Positions 1 to 13,010 of a DNA stretch of 64,000 bases are shown in pieces; the first letter of the stretch is position 1, and each line of letters starts with the position of its first letter. Under the pieces are notes generated by a model that saw only the letters and a program-made list of their open reading frames with translations, made no database searches and was not told where the DNA came from. The position numbers and the translations under genes are program-made. This DNA comes from Squalus acanthias. Its lineage: Eukaryota. The stretch spans positions 61,134,001 through 61,198,000 of the forward strand of contig CM059432.1 in the NCBI GenBank assembly GCA_030390025.1, in the 5' to 3' direction.

Positions 1-384
1 ACTAAAGACACTACATAAATCCAAGTTGTGGTTGACAAGGCAATAAAATCTCCATATTAGGCTGAATAGGGGCCATTTTTGCCACAGTAAAAATGGGAAT
101 CCTGACAAAAGTATTGCTATTGTACTATAGGGTATGCCCCTTCTCCAGCCCCTGGTTTTATTAAATGTTATATTTTGTCAATTTGTGAATACATGATTGG
201 TGATTGTAATAATTTGAGTAGTGTATTTTTAAATCAGTTCCAAAAATGGATAAAAATAAAAATAAAGAAGCTTAATATTCTGAAGAGTAACTGAAAAGTT
301 CTTGGAACTGTTTTAAATAATTACAGTCTTACATCTGTAGCACTGGGTAATTGATTTCGATCTTTGATTCATTGATTTTTTTAA

Positions 385-836
385 ATTCATTCATGGGATG
401 TGGGCTTCGCTGGCAAGGCCAGCATTTATTGCCCATCCCTAATTGCCCTTGAGAAGGTGGTGTTGAGCCGCCTTCTTGAACCGCTGTAGTCCGTGTGGTG
501 AAGGTACTACAGCGCTGTTAGGTAGGGAGTTCCAGGATTTCGATCCAGCGACGATGAAGAAACAGTGATATATTTCCAAGTCAGGATGGTTTGTGACTTG
601 GAGGGGAACCTGGAGGTGGTGGTATTCGCATGCGCCTGCTGCCCTTGTCCTTCTAGGTGGTTGAGGTTGCGGGTTTGGGAGGTGCTATCGAAGAACCCTT
701 GGCGAGTTGCATCTTGTAGATAGTACACACTGCTGACATGGTGCACCAATGGTGGAGGGATTGAATGTTTAAGGTGGTGGCTGGGGTGCCAATCAAGTGG
801 GCTGCTTTGTCCTGGATGGTGTCGAGCTTCTTGAGT
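385..836 (-). mobile_element. 3' fragment of CR1/L2-group LINE (family B)
   Basis: Reverse complement matches the 3' ends of the copies at 48380-48835 and 57500-57952 (…CTTCTCAAGGGCAATTAGGGATGGGCAATAAATGCTGGCCTTGCCAGCG…). Confidence 0.85.
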
Positions 837-1179
837 GAGTATGAGTAGGTATCATCCTGAGTTCTTTATGTTTTGATTGGTTATTTATGGATGAGAGTAG
901 CTGTCATTATATATCTGTGATACAAAAGTCATGCTGTGAATCTTTAGATAAGCCAATTATCATATGAACTGTCACCGATGTAAAGGAATGCTGTGCATAA
1001 TTTTACCATTGACCAGTCAAATTCTGTCACACAAGTATACACTTATGAAATCAAAATCCTAATTTTGCTTTACTATATATTACTTCAAAATGGAACTGCA
1101 GAGTAACAAATTAATCACCTTAATGGAAACTCCACTGGCCAGTTTTTGTCACAGTTTTCACTACAAGTGCATTCAATAA

Positions 1180-1268
1180 ATAGAGTTGAGGTAAAGATCA
1201 GCTATGATCTGATGGAATAGTGGAACAGACTCGAGGGGCTGAATGGCCTGCTCCTGTTCCTATGTTCC
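1180..1268 (+). mobile_element. CR1 LINE 3' UTR/tail fragment
   Basis: GATCAGCTATGATCT…CTCGAGGGGCTGAATGGCCTGCTCCTGTTCCTATGTTCCTA is the same 3' end as other CR1 copies in the window. Confidence 0.75.
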
Positions 1269-1669
1269 TAGTAGTAATGGCACACTAATGCCAAAACTTC
1301 CCAGCCTTCTGTCATAGGACCCAATAGCACCATTGTGGCATTGATTCTGTTGTAAATTGTGGGGTCAGCTAATGCAAACAGGCAAAGGGATGCAGTCTGT
1401 GTAATACAATAAGCCGGGGCGGAGTGGGATAGAGGAAGTAGGGGTACAGGGGGATGGGGGTGGCTAAAGACCAGAAAATCCTTGAAGGAGAGGCAGAGAC
1501 CTGGTGCAATGGCAGGATATATACCCTGCTGCTGCTTAAAGGGGCAATGGAAGCACTGAAAGAAACAGGTAACATGGTCAACAAAGATGGCAGCCAGATC
1601 GAAGAAATAAGTGGCAAAGTTCAGGGAGCTGAAAGCAGATGTCCTTGTAAGAGAGATACAGAACACTAA

Positions 1670-2395
1670 TTCTGGGTAATCTTATACCCTCATTTCAAAC
1701 CCTTCAACCACTGGAAACAGTCCCATCTCTTCATAATTTTAAACAGCTCTATCAAATCACCCTGTAATCTTCCCTGTTCTAATGAAAACAGCCTCAATTT
1801 TCAATTCTTTCTTTGTATTTTTTATTTCGTCATAACAGGCAGCATCCTAGTGAATCTGCACTACACCGTCTCTATTGCTTCAAGATTCTTCCTATATTGT
1901 GGAGCCCAAAATTGCACGCAGTACTCCACCTGTGGTCTTGCTAAGGTATTATATAGATTCACCATTACATCTTGCCTTTTATTTTTGATACCACTTGCAA
2001 TAAAACCCAGTATTCCATTATCTTTATTGTGGCCTTATCCACTTGAGATGCTGCTTTTAATATTTTTTGAACCTGAACCCCCAAATCTCTCTGTTCCTTC
2101 TCATTACCCAATCTTCCCCCATTCTAAGTGCAATTTTTACTTTTTTTTAACCCAAAATATACCACTTCATATTTAGTGATATTGAATTCCATCTGTCATT
2201 TTCTTGCCCATTCTACCATCTACTGAATATTCCCTTGCAGCTTTCTTTGTCCTCAGAATTATTTACTATGCCTCCTACTTTAGTATCATCTGGAAATTTG
2301 GACACCTTATAGCCTTATATCCAAATCAGAGAACAGAAGTGGTTTCAAACAGAACCCTGTGGGACTTCGCTACCCACTTTCAACCACTCTGGTAG
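1670..2395 (-). mobile_element. Old decayed CR1 LINE fragment (RT C-terminal region)
   Basis: CCAAAATTGCACGCAGTACTCCACCTGTGGTCT is the reverse of the [11 protein letters not shown] coding motif; many stops. Confidence 0.7.
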
Positions 2396-3604
2396 GTGAT
2401 TAAATTAAATCCTGATCCCATCAATCTGAATTAAACTCACTCTCCCTAATGCTTGCATAATACATTCTCCCCTTCGATCAGCATATATGTCAAATGTCAT
2501 AAAATTATTTCCAGATGTATTGCCGTGTCACACATTGCAAAGGCAAGCATCAGTGTGCAGACAACGGGTTACCTGGCAGCTTTGCCAGCATTGGTAAACT
2601 GCTGTTTTTTTATTCCAATATACAAATTATAGTTCCAAACTTACACCATTTTCAGAGTGCATTTTAATTCAGACCAATTGTATGCTCTGAACAGATCAAA
2701 ATATATTCAATAGCTGCTATATAATTGGGACTTTAGATGGTATCTATAGTGCTTCCATCAAGACACATGCTACAAAATCCACATTGCCAATGCATACGGA
2801 ATTAGTGCACTCAAAGGACTGGAATGTGGCATGATTCCAAATTAAAACCGAGATAACTATGTTACAGTCACAGCACGCAAAGGTATCATTTTAATTCAAA
2901 TTGCACGTTTTGAGGTTTCATGATGAAATTTTCCAACAATAGCAATACTCCAGATCTTGCTGTAGGGAACATGATTTCTCCAGAGTGTATGATGAGGATG
3001 AGCAGGTCATTCTTCACAGAAACCTTGGAATAACTGGAGACAATTCAGTGTTTGATTATACTTATTTCTAAGATTAAGTATTCTGGGTATTTTTTGTCTT
3101 TTAGTAAAATATAGGAAATTACTCAGGTTTCTGGCCCCGTTTAATATTTATTAATCAAAATGACAGGTGCTCCCAGGTTTATTAGTGGCGTTTTTGTCCT
3201 GCATGAATTTCCTAATCTTGCCCATCAGTAACCAAGTTGCTTAACTACTCTTTAAGGTGCTTCTATCATTAATATAACAATGCATGGAGAAAAATAGATG
3301 TGTGCAATGATTACAAAGCCTGTATTAATAACCATGACATAAGCATAATTATAATTAACTTTTTTTTTTAAAGTGAACTTTTCAGTGCAACAGGAAAGCC
3401 AACTAATAGGTTCCAGAAAGCCTGATTCTGTAATTTAACGCATCAACTCTGCATCAACAGTACCAAGATCACGGAAGAAAATATTTAAGTTCTATAACTT
3501 GAAGAAAAGTACAAACACAAAAAGTACAGGACCAGAAATGATTCTGCAGTTCAGCTGACTGTACCCAAAAACTAATAATACTCAATTGCCCACTTCCTCA
3601 AAAA

Positions 3605-4540
3605 TCTAGCCTATTCTCCCCAAACTTTTTCCATACAATCTGCCTCCACTCCTTCCTGGGCAGTAGATTCCACATGTTCACCACCCTCTGTGTAAAGTGG
3701 GTTAACTTAAACTGTCCACTTTCCCCCTTATAAGATTGAGCCTGTGACATCTGGTGCCAGAGTTTGTGGCAATCTGGAACATATTTTGGGTGTTGAATTT
3801 GTCTATTTCCTTAAGAATCTTGAATGCTTGAGTAATATCTCCCTTAAGCTTTCTCTTCTCCACCTTAAATAAATCTCAGGCTCCTCAGTCTCTCCTCATA
3901 ACTCAGATACTTTAAGCTAGGTATTAGTTTAGTTGCCCTTTTTTGTACTGCCTCCAATGCCGTATATCATTTGCTGAAGTGTAGTGACCAGAATTGTACA
4001 CATTCCTCCAGGTCTGGCCATACCAGTGCCTTGTACAGATTCATGATCATCTCCTGGAATTTGTGCTGTATCCTCTGGCTATACATCCCTGTAAGCTTTT
4101 CTTACTACATTGTTTCTTTTATTGAGCTATCCAGATTCCTCTCCTATGTTATGTATGTCCTGTGGCCTAGAGCCATTTAGTTTATATTCTAAGTATTAAT
4201 TTTCTTCTCTAGTCTCATTATCTTGCATTTGTCCACATTAAATGCCATTTGCCACTCATTAGTCCACCTTTCCAACTTATTCAAATGGTTTTGTATTTGG
4301 TTTGCTCATTCTCTATTGTTTGAATTCTCCCCCACCTCAATTTGCCATTATCTGCAAACTTAGCTTTTCTTTCCTGAGCTCCAAATCATTCACTATAAAC
4401 AGTAATAACCTCAGCACTGATCCCTGTGGCATTCCGCAAGTGACCCCTTACCATGTCAATATACAATACTTTGCTTTTATGGTTTAGCCAATTTTCAATT
4501 CACCTCAGAAGCTTGCCTCCTACTCCATGCTTTCCTATCT
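3605..4540 (-). mobile_element. Old decayed CR1 LINE fragment
   Basis: Reverse-strand PQGSVL motif (CAGCACTGATCCCTGTGG near 4412) and an ECVQFWS-like motif near 3985-4010; heavily degenerate. Confidence 0.7.
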
Positions 4541-5467
4541 GTTGGGGCTAATTGGTTGTGTGACACACTACCAGTTAATGCAAAAACAAACGGCAAATGA
4601 TGCTTGCGTTAATATGGACCGAAGGGACCTATTTGAATGTAAAAGTTTAAGGTATTCAATACTTATGCATGGAAAGTGATATTGCTGTACTTACACAGAT
4701 ATAACTAAGGAAAGATGCGATGAGCTAGATGTATTGAAATGATATATTTTGTAATATTTTAATTGAAGATTCCATGACATCACAAATAGATGTACAAGCT
4801 AAAATAATCATTTCTGAAATCACACTGTAATAATGACTACTGGTGTTACTTTTCTGGGCAAAAATAGCATTCAATGAGTGGCAAGAACTGGCAAAGGAGG
4901 CAGGTCCTCCGCACAGAAAAACTTGACAGCCTCGACAATGAGGTAGATGAAGTGGTAGCTCATGAGAAGCCACCATATGCAGGCCGCACGTTGAGTCCTC
5001 CTACTGAAGTTCCTTGGGCTACATTGCTTAATGCTCCTGTATTTTTATCAGGAGCTTACTGAACAAATGGACTCCATTCTTGCAGTCCTTGAAAGGTTTA
5101 ATGATTGGTTATCTCCTCTGTAGCCAACTGTTTATGAAGGCCCAGTAGCAATTGCTAGCAAGTGGTATAGATATCCATGCAGGAGGGATTCCAGAACTAC
5201 ATAAAGAACCAGTTTCATCCTCCACAAGATCTGTGGCCATCCTGAGAAACAGCATCCAGTAGCACCATGCATGCAAAGGTGCAAGAGCAGTCAAATGGTA
5301 TTGCTGTCAAAGACAGTCTGTGTCACCATGAGGCAGGGACAAGTGGCTTTTGGCATCACTTCCAAAAGCATCAAGGCGCCAACAATTCACATAAAAGATC
5401 TTCCTGGCATTGGTGAAGGTGCACTGAAATCATTGCAATGTACCAGAGGCCAGATTCTATCTCAGGC

Positions 5468-7061
5468 AGGTGGCCATCTTAAAAGTGGATAAATCCCCAG
5501 GCCCAGACGAGATCTATCCCAGGCTGCTGTGTGAGGCAAGGGAGGAGATTGCAGGGGCTCTGACACAAATTTTCAGAACCTCTCTGGCCACAGGGGAGGT
5601 GCCAGAGGACTGGAGGACAGCTAACGTAGTACCATTATTCAAGAAGGGTAGTCGGGATAAACCAGGGAATTACAGGCCAGTGAGCCTAATATCAGTGGTA
5701 GGGAAATTATTGGAAAAAATTCTGAGGGACAGAATTAGTCTCCACTTGGAGAGGCAAGGATTAATCAAGGATAGTCAGCATGGCTTTGTCAGGGGGAGAT
5801 CATGTCTGACCAATTTGATTGAATTTTTCGAGGGGGTGACTAGGTGTGTGGATGAGGGTAGTGCAGTTGATGTAGTCTACATGGACTTCAGTAAGGCTTT
5901 TGACAAAGTCCCACATGAGAAACTGGTCAAGAAGGTAAGAGCCCATGGGATCCAGGGCAATTTGGCACATTGGATCCAAAATTGGCTTCGTGGCAGAAGG
6001 CAGAGGGTGATGGTCGAAGGTTGTTTTTGTGACTGGAAGCCTGTGTCCAGTGGTGTACCGCAGGGATCGGTGCTGGGTCCTTTGCTGTTTGTAGTGTACA
6101 TTAATGATTTAGATATGAATGTAGGAGGTATGATCAGTAAGTTCGCAGATGACACGAAAATTGGTGGAGTGGTAAATAGCGAGGAGGGAAGCCTCAGGCT
6201 ACAGGACGATATAAACGGGTTGGTCAGATGGGCAGAACAATGGCAAATGGAATTTAACCCTGAAAAGTGTGAGGTGATGCATTTTGGGAGGACTAACAAG
6301 GCAAGGGAATACACAATGAATGGTAGGATCCTAGGGAGGACAGAGGATCAGAGGGACCTTGGTGTGCATGTACATAGATCCCTGAAGGCAGCAGGACAGG
6401 TAGATAAGGTGGTTAAAAAGGCATATGGGATACTTGCCTTCATTAGCCGAGGCATAGAATATAAGAGCAGGGAGGTTATGATGGAGCTGTACAAAACGCT
6501 AGTTAGGCCACAGCTGGAATACTGTGTGCAGTTCTGGTCGCCACACTATAGGAAGGATGTGATTGCATTGGAGAGGGTGCAGAGGAGATTCACCAGGATG
6601 TTACCTGGGCTGGAGCGCTTCAGCTATGAAGAGAGACTGGACAGGCTGGAGTTGTTTTCCTTAGAGCAGAGAAGGCTGAGGGGGGACCTGATTGAGGTGT
6701 ACAAAATTATGAGGGGCATAGATAGGGTAGATAGAAAGGAACATTTCCCCTTAGTAGAGGGGTCAATAACCAGGGGGCATAGTTTCAAGGTAAGCGGCAG
6801 GAGGTTTAGAGGGGATTTGAGGAAAAACTTTTTCACCCAGAGGGTGGTTGGAATCTGGAACTTGCTGCCTGAAAGGGTGGTAGAGGCAGGAACCCTCACA
6901 ACATTCAAGAAGCATTTAGATGAGCACTTGAAACGCCATAGCATACAAGGCTATGGACCAAGTGCTGGAAAATGGGATTAGAATAGATAGGGCTTGATGG
7001 CCGGCGCAGACACGATGGGCCGAAGGGCCTCTTTCTGTGCTGTATAACTCTATGACTCTAT
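5468..7061 (+). mobile_element. Young 5'-truncated CR1 LINE with (CTCTATGA)n tail
   Basis: Uninterrupted RT ORF followed by a 3' UTR and an 8-nt tandem tail; the tail resumes at 7678-7690 after a MITE. Confidence 0.95.
5470..6981 (+). CDS. CR1 ORF2 reverse transcriptase, 5'-truncated (no endonuclease domain)
   Basis: 503-aa open frame with KSPGPD, NYRPVSL, QHGF, DFSKAFDKV, GVPQGSVLGP, FADD and RPQLEYCVQFW motifs. Confidence 0.9.
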   Translation: MAILKVDKSPGPDEIYPRLLCEAREEIAGALTQIFRTSLATGEVPEDWRTANVVPLFKKGSRDKPGNYRPVSLISVVGKLLEKILRDRISLHLERQGLIKDSQHGFVRGRSCLTNLIEFFEGVTRCVDEGSAVDVVYMDFSKAFDKVPHEKLVKKVRAHGIQGNLAHWIQNWLRGRRQRVMVEGCFCDWKPVSSGVPQGSVLGPLLFVVYINDLDMNVGGMISKFADDTKIGGVVNSEEGSLRLQDDINGLVRWAEQWQMEFNPEKCEVMHFGRTNKAREYTMNGRILGRTEDQRDLGVHVHRSLKAAGQVDKVVKKAYGILAFISRGIEYKSREVMMELYKTLVRPQLEYCVQFWSPHYRKDVIALERVQRRFTRMLPGLERFSYEERLDRLELFSLEQRRLRGDLIEVYKIMRGIDRVDRKEHFPLVEGSITRGHSFKVSGRRFRGDLRKNFFTQRVVGIWNLLPERVVEAGTLTTFKKHLDEHLKRHSIQGYGPSAGKWD

Positions 7062-7677
7062 GGGCTGGATTTTGATACTGGGGCGGGTTGGGGTCGTGTC
7101 ATCCACTTTTCGTGTTATCCACCCGACTGCAATTGGATGTGGGAGATTGATGCGATTTTCATCTAATTGGGCAATTGAGTTCCAGCATGTGGGAACCCAT
7201 GAACCAATTAGTGTTTTCAGTCTGAAAGTCGCCTCTGATGATGTCATCATTGCTGCTGCATTGAAGGTCTGCAAAGACTGCCTGGCCTTTGCTGTGAGAG
7301 GACCTGGATGCAAAATGAGCAGCAGCAGCCCTAAGTCTGCTCCAGAGAGAGAGAGAGAGAGAGATATCCAGCCAGCCATGCTCCTGCCAGGTTTCACAAT
7401 CGTGGTTCAGAACAGTCGTGCTTCACGTAGAACAAGGGTTAAAATCACAAAGGCCTTTCAAAATGGCATTATAGAGCCAATTTAGTGCTTGTTAAGGGCC
7501 TTAACAGCCTATCCCGTCTCTTAAAGGCGGGACGCAGTCGGGACCAGCAGACACGATTTCATGAAAATTGCGTGGAGGCGGGATGGAGGCGGACTTGTGC
7601 CTGCCCACCAGTTTTCGTAATTTTAACCCCCCACACGCCTCCAAACCCGCCTCCACGGGTCAATGAAAATCCAGCCC
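7062..7677. mobile_element. Harbinger-type MITE, family B (TIR GGGCTGGATTTT, TSD TAT)
   Basis: Perfect 12-bp TIR, TAT on both sides (7059-7061, 7678-7680), inserted in the CR1 tail; inverted sister copy at 60397-61060. Confidence 0.9.
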
Positions 7678-7989
7678 TATGACTCTATGACAATACGCAT
7701 CTACCACTTCTGCTCCCTCAGCTAAGGAAGCACATTGATCAAGGATACATACATAGAAGTTCACAAATCTCATGTGGTAAGTGGAGCATTAAATCACATT
7801 AAGCAAATACAGCACAACAGGTTGCTTTTACTATATTTTGCATTCTGTCAGCCATGTTATTTTATAAAAAATGAGTATACATCATTTTAAAACAAAATTA
7901 ATATCTGGAGTTCTTAGTAGCCAAAAGAGAAGCACATATTGCTTCAGCAGTAACTGCTGGACAGATTTAAGATCTCTGAGTCATAAGCA

Positions 7990-8330
7990 GACACCTTTAA
8001 AGAAGTAGGATATGACACCTTTCCACAATGGTTCCCTGCCTGCATTGCCTGGTGTCCTGATGGTGGTTCTTCTTCCTGTTCCTCATTGAAATCCACTGAA
8101 TATTTTTTGTCTGTTGCCAAGTTGTGTAACATGCAGCATGACAGGTTTGCCCATTCTTAGGGGTAATCCAGAAGTCTCGGCATTTCAGTGGCCAAGAATA
8201 TGCTCAGTGAGTACCATGGTATGTTTTGTTGAAATTCAGTATGGGCGTGAAACAGAGGTGTCAGAAGCCTTGGGCACATTAAGTATCGCTCATCTCCCAA
8301 CAGCCAGATTACATCCTACCTTCCCCTTTA
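7990..8330 (-). pseudogene. Ancient Harbinger DDE transposase C-terminal relic
   Basis: Minus strand reads WLLGDERY…RLLTPL and CCMLHNLA followed by an acidic tail, matching WLLGDKGY/CCMLHNLA of the elements at 25763-26928. Confidence 0.7.
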
Positions 8331-8679
8331 AAAAAAATTGTAATATTCAATTACCTCAATATGAAGTAATTATTGATGAGGCCACTAGGGGAGCACCTCG
8401 TAGAGTTATTAAATTTTCTTTAAAGAAAAGCACTACGGGTTGATCACTTGGGTGAGAAATTAATGGAAGGCAATTATGATGTTTAGCATTAAATTAATCA
8501 TCTTTATCGCATTTGGCACTTCGGTCTGCAGTGTGGTTTTATAGCAGCTTCTGAATCTGCATTGTCAGAATGTCATTGACGTAGAGGTTTCAATGTTCTT
8601 TAATGCAAGATGAAGGGAGTAGTGAAGGATGTATCAAGGACGGTTAAGCAGAGGGGCTCTGTGTAAGTTCTCAGGGCAG

Positions 8680-10160
8680 GGGTATGATAAGCTCAGCGGA
8701 ATTGCTGAGCGATGAGCTGATCCCTCACATCTCTTGCTGCAAAGCACTGAACTGGCCCTACATCTGCTGCTTCCTCTCCTTCCCGCTGGTCTTCCTTATT
8801 CGATGAGGACTCCTGCTGCTGAAGCTGATGTTGATGCTGTTCTGCCTCCGCCAAATGCAGGCCTCTCCGTAATGCAAAGTTATGCAGCATACCACTGGAG
8901 ATTCCATCTGAAACATATTGCAGGGAGCCACCGCAACTGGTCAGACACCTGAATCACTGCTTCAGCATCCCTATGGTGTGTTCTATAATGATCCTGGTGT
9001 TCCTTTGGCTTTGGTTATATCCGTGCTGCTCGGGCATGGTGGGGATGCGCAGGGGTGTCAGTAACAACATTTATAGGGAGTATCCCTTGTCCTCCAGCAC
9101 CCATCATGTCATGTTCCTCACAAGGTTGAATATTGGGAGATGGTAGACTGTCTCAGGTTAAATGCATCGTGGCAGCTCCCTGGATACCTTGCACTGACCT
9201 GCATGATTGTGTTCCTGCGATCGACCACTAGCTGGACATTGATGGAGTGAAATCCTTTTCTATTTGCAGATGTTGCTGTTCCGGTACCCTGATGGCGACA
9301 TGTGTGCAGTCAATATCACCCCGCACGTGATGGAAGCCAACGACTGTAGTGAATCCCCGAACTTAACAGAGCTGTGTACTGCAGATTGTGATATGTGGCT
9401 GATGGCCCCTGTAGCAGCTCAAAAAGATCAAATGGCAAAAATATTCAGGGCTGTGTGATTTTGACAGTCACTGGCAAAGCATGGCCCCCTGGTCCAACAG
9501 CAGCAGATCCTGTTGGAGGAGGCTTCAGAGGTCAGCAACAGCCTGCCTAGAGAAGTGCAGCCTTCTCCTCAGATAGGTCCAAAAAGATGGCTCTTGGCCT
9601 GTACACCGTGTGCTGGGTATGGCCTCGTACAAGCAGCCTCTCACCTGCTGTCTTCTGAGAGGCCCAGCTGCTGCTGGTGGTAGTTGCTGGAACTGCAACT
9701 GCTGCTGATCCTCCACCTCCAACTGTTCCTCCATCTAGAATAGAGAAGCAAGAATATCCCCAAAATAAGCAGCTAAAGCTTACTAAGGGCAGATAAATGT
9801 GTAAAAAAGTGATTGTGAGCTGGAAAATCTCCTGGCAAACCAGACAGCAACAAGATCCTCTGCTCCTGGGAGCTGCAGCTGAGAGCTCCTTTTTATACAC
9901 CTTCTGGAGCTCCACACACCAAATGTGCGAGGTTTTGTTGGCAGGTCCAGGACTGAGCAGCGATTCCTCGATTTTAGGTAAAATGGCATGTGGGTCCGAA
10001 TTATGTCACTGGAGCGTGACTTTTACATTTTAATTAGGCCTTCGGTTGCCTGAGGCGGGCTGGCGACTGGTGTGAACGGTTCAGGAATGGAGCGGTAAGT
10101 ACCCAATGTTAACCCCCACATGCACCGCTCCCCCCGGGCAGGCTAGTTTAAAATCGGGTC
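8680..10160 (-). pseudogene. Decayed Harbinger transposase gene with upstream end region
   Basis: Minus-strand fragments [53 protein letters not shown] and MLHNFALRRG plus acidic tail, broken by frameshifts. Confidence 0.85.
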
Positions 10161-10184
10161 TTAACATTTTATGTTCATTTAGGT

Positions 10185-10590
10185 GAAGAACGTTAGTGCT
10201 GGGGAATGGAACTCCTCCTATTTCAGGCACCCAATGTCAGCATCAAGCTCTCCAGGGAAGGTATAGCACAGAGAGGTGCAAAATAAAGCTCCCTATTTTC
10301 TGCCCCAATAGTATGTCTTCGCACTAGAAGAACTATAGTATGTAATTTTTCCATTTACCACACTGTGGCTTCTCTGAGTGAGATTGCCAATTATTGCCGA
10401 ATTAAGGACAGTTTTAGGCTTTAGGCCCATGCCTAAAACAAGGAACTGGATTTTGATTGCCCAAAGTCATTCGATATAGGACCCTTACAGCCAGCAGACA
10501 AAAGTGACTTTCATCCTTCAGCCTGGGCTGGACTTAAACCCATGTCCCAGAGGTGAACGGGCCATGTACTTCGACACCCAGTTCTCCCAT
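10185..10590 (-). mobile_element. LF-SINE-like tRNA-derived SINE
   Basis: Minus strand has TTCACCTCTGGG…TCCAGCCCAGG…GAAAGTCA…TCTGCTGGCTGT…CCAGTTCCT…AATTGGCAATCTCA…AGAGAAGCCA, colinear with the LF-SINE consensus as I recall it. Confidence 0.6.
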
Positions 10591-10686
10591 TTGGGAAAAT
10601 TAATCAAGTGATTTGGAAGGATATTATGAAATAATACATCACCAAGAAGAATTTGAAGTGAGCTTGAAAGACCGAAAGTGATGTAT

Positions 10687-10790
10687 AACAACAACAACAA
10701 CTTGCATTTATAAAGCACCTTTAAAGTCGTAAAACGTCCCAAGGCGCTTCACAGGAGTGTTGAAAATAAAATTTGATACCAAGCCACCGA
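10687..10790 (-). mobile_element. L2-type (or L2-tailed SINE) 3' tail with (GTT)n
   Basis: Reverse complement of the tail at 46425-46545 (…GCGCCTTGGGACGTTTTAC…TAAAGGTGCTTTATAAATGCAAGTTGTTGTTG). Confidence 0.7.
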
Positions 10791-12127
10791 GCTATGTTAA
10801 TCATTTAACATAGAAATTATAGCAAAGAAGGAGGCTGTTCGGCCCATTGCACCTGTGCCAGTGTCAGCTATGCAGTAATGTAACAGTATATCCTCACATT
10901 TTAACAATTTTTTAAAAATTAGAATCAATTATAAATCCAGATACCTTGCAGGAATGTATATGCTACTTTTGAATGCCTTTGTCATCCAAAATTTGCTTAC
11001 ATTGTTGGTGGTTCTCTCATTTAATAGAAGACTTTTCTGCCTCTGTTTTAACAGTCAAAATATAGAACTGTATCTGTATTATTTGAAGATATTGCTATTC
11101 CTCTCACAGCCTCATAGCTGTTAGCCTTCAGCTGAAGTGGGATCGGCTTTAAAAGGACTTGGGGACCTCATCCCATATTCCACTACAAGAGCTGACACTT
11201 ATTGTGAATTCAATTCTTCAGCTTAAATACCAATGTCTGCAGCCCAATTCTATCACTGCAGCGACTGCACCCCTCCGGCGAGGTCCAACCTTTTTGTAGC
11301 TGCGCACCCAAGGATTAGGCTGACTTTCCCCAAATTCTCCCCAAAGCACAGCAACAGCTAATCTTTCCATATGAAGCAGTGCTGCCGTTGCTATAGTAAC
11401 CAAGCACTTTCTACCAGTGGGACTGCTGAGATGAACCGAAGACATGACAGTGAAGCATGTACTCTGCTTCCCTTCAGGGCCTTGGGTCCTTCCTCCAAGA
11501 TTATTTTCCAACAAGTTTACTGACAGGCAAATGTGTTGATTACTCTCTTCATTTTTCGCCTTTAAAAAATGGTCAAGAAAAAGACTGGCGGATCAAGGTA
11601 AAATGCGGAATCCATTACTGCTGCAAACTGGTTTCCTTGAAGCACTAGTTTCAAACGAGAAAGAGAAGCTCCTTCTAACACAAAATATTCCTTTGTGTTA
11701 CTTTGAGCTTCTAAAACCTTACTTGGTGAACTTAAATTGAAGGTGTGATATTTAATAGTTTTTACTATTTCCTTGTTATGTCATACATGAAAATGTCTAC
11801 TGAGTTTAAAATTCCTCTAATTCCCTATTTCCAATCAGCAATTTAGACAATATTGGAGTGGCTTATGTGGAAAGTTAAATATATGACAAATCAACTCAAC
11901 ATCAAAATCAAGTAATTTTCTTTAAAAAACTAAAAAGACTCAAAGTTTTAAGTCACAGCATATTTTATTGGTTTATCAAGTACTAGTATGAAAACATCAA
12001 AATTATCCCTCTCAACAGTACAATGGCTTGGTACATTGATTCTGCATAATGCTATGCCATGATGTGGTATTACACAATGAACTCGTAATCTTAGCTGTGC
12101 CATCAGGTTGAAATACAGGTCAGAAAC

Positions 12128-12733
12128 CTGATGATGATGATTTGTTCATTGTTGTCGATAGTAACAGCCTATGATTCATCTCCAATTGATAGGAAGGAAC
12201 ATAGGAACAGGAGTAGGCCATTCAGCCCCTCAAGCCTATTCCACCATTCAATTCGATCATGGCTGATCTGTATCTTAACTCCATTTACCCACTTTGGTTC
12301 CATAACCCTTAATATACTTGCCTAACAAAAATCTATCAATCTCAGTTTTGGAATTTTCAATTGACCTAGCCTCAACAACTTTTTGGGGGGAAGGGAGTTC
12401 CAGATTTCCACTATCCTTTATGTGAAGAAATGCTTCCTGACATCACCCCTGAGCTGCCTCACTCTAATTTTAAGCCCCCTTGTTCTGGACTCCCCCACCA
12501 GAGGAAATAGTTTCTCTCTATCTACCTTATCAAATCCTTTAATCATCTTAAACACCTCAATTAGATCACTTAAGCTTCTGTACTAAAGGGAATACAGCCT
12601 AGTCTATGCAACAAATTCAATACAGGTTGTGGATGCTCATATGACTGTAAAGTCTGATTTTCACAGGAAATGTTTGTCAGATTGAACCAAGGGCTGATCT
12701 TGCCTTGATTTCTTTCGGGCTCTCTTTTCTTCG

Positions 12734-12780
<47 letters not shown>

Positions 12781-12942
12781 CATCTTTTGCCACTTTTTCT
12801 GTCACAAGCATCATGCTCCAATATGTCAGTTGAAATGCCACATTTGTTTTAGATTGATCTTTAGGCAATCTTTATATCTTTTGAACTTAGCACCACAAGA
12901 GCATTTATCAAGCTTCAGCTCACCATAGAATAGCTTCTTGGC

Positions 12943-12974
<32 letters not shown>

Positions 12975-13010
12975 TAGCCCTTTACTATCATTGCCTCTAT
13001 GCCTGACTTA
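12128..13010 (-). mobile_element. RTE (BovB-like) LINE 3' fragment with (ATC)n tail, interrupted by a CR1 fragment
   Basis: Minus strand reads KRYKDCLKINLKQ…DRKKWQKMIHDG…LAEEKRARK, typical of the RTE C-terminus; (ATG)n tail at 12128-12141. Confidence 0.65.
12190..12612 (-). mobile_element. CR1 3' fragment nested in RTE
   Basis: GAACATAGGAACAGGAGTAGGCCATTCAGCCCCTCAAGCC tail followed by reverse ORF2 C-terminal sequence. Confidence 0.8.

Noticed and set aside
4689..4830. Possible minus-strand host exon (GTAAGT donor at 4689-4694)
   Set aside because: No recognisable peptide in any frame and no partner exons; unsupported without RNA data.
5877..6944. Recurrent antisense ORFs (…PKCITSH…, …SSANL…) here and in other CR1 copies
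   Set aside because: Shadow frames of RT coding sequence, repeated because the LINE is repeated.
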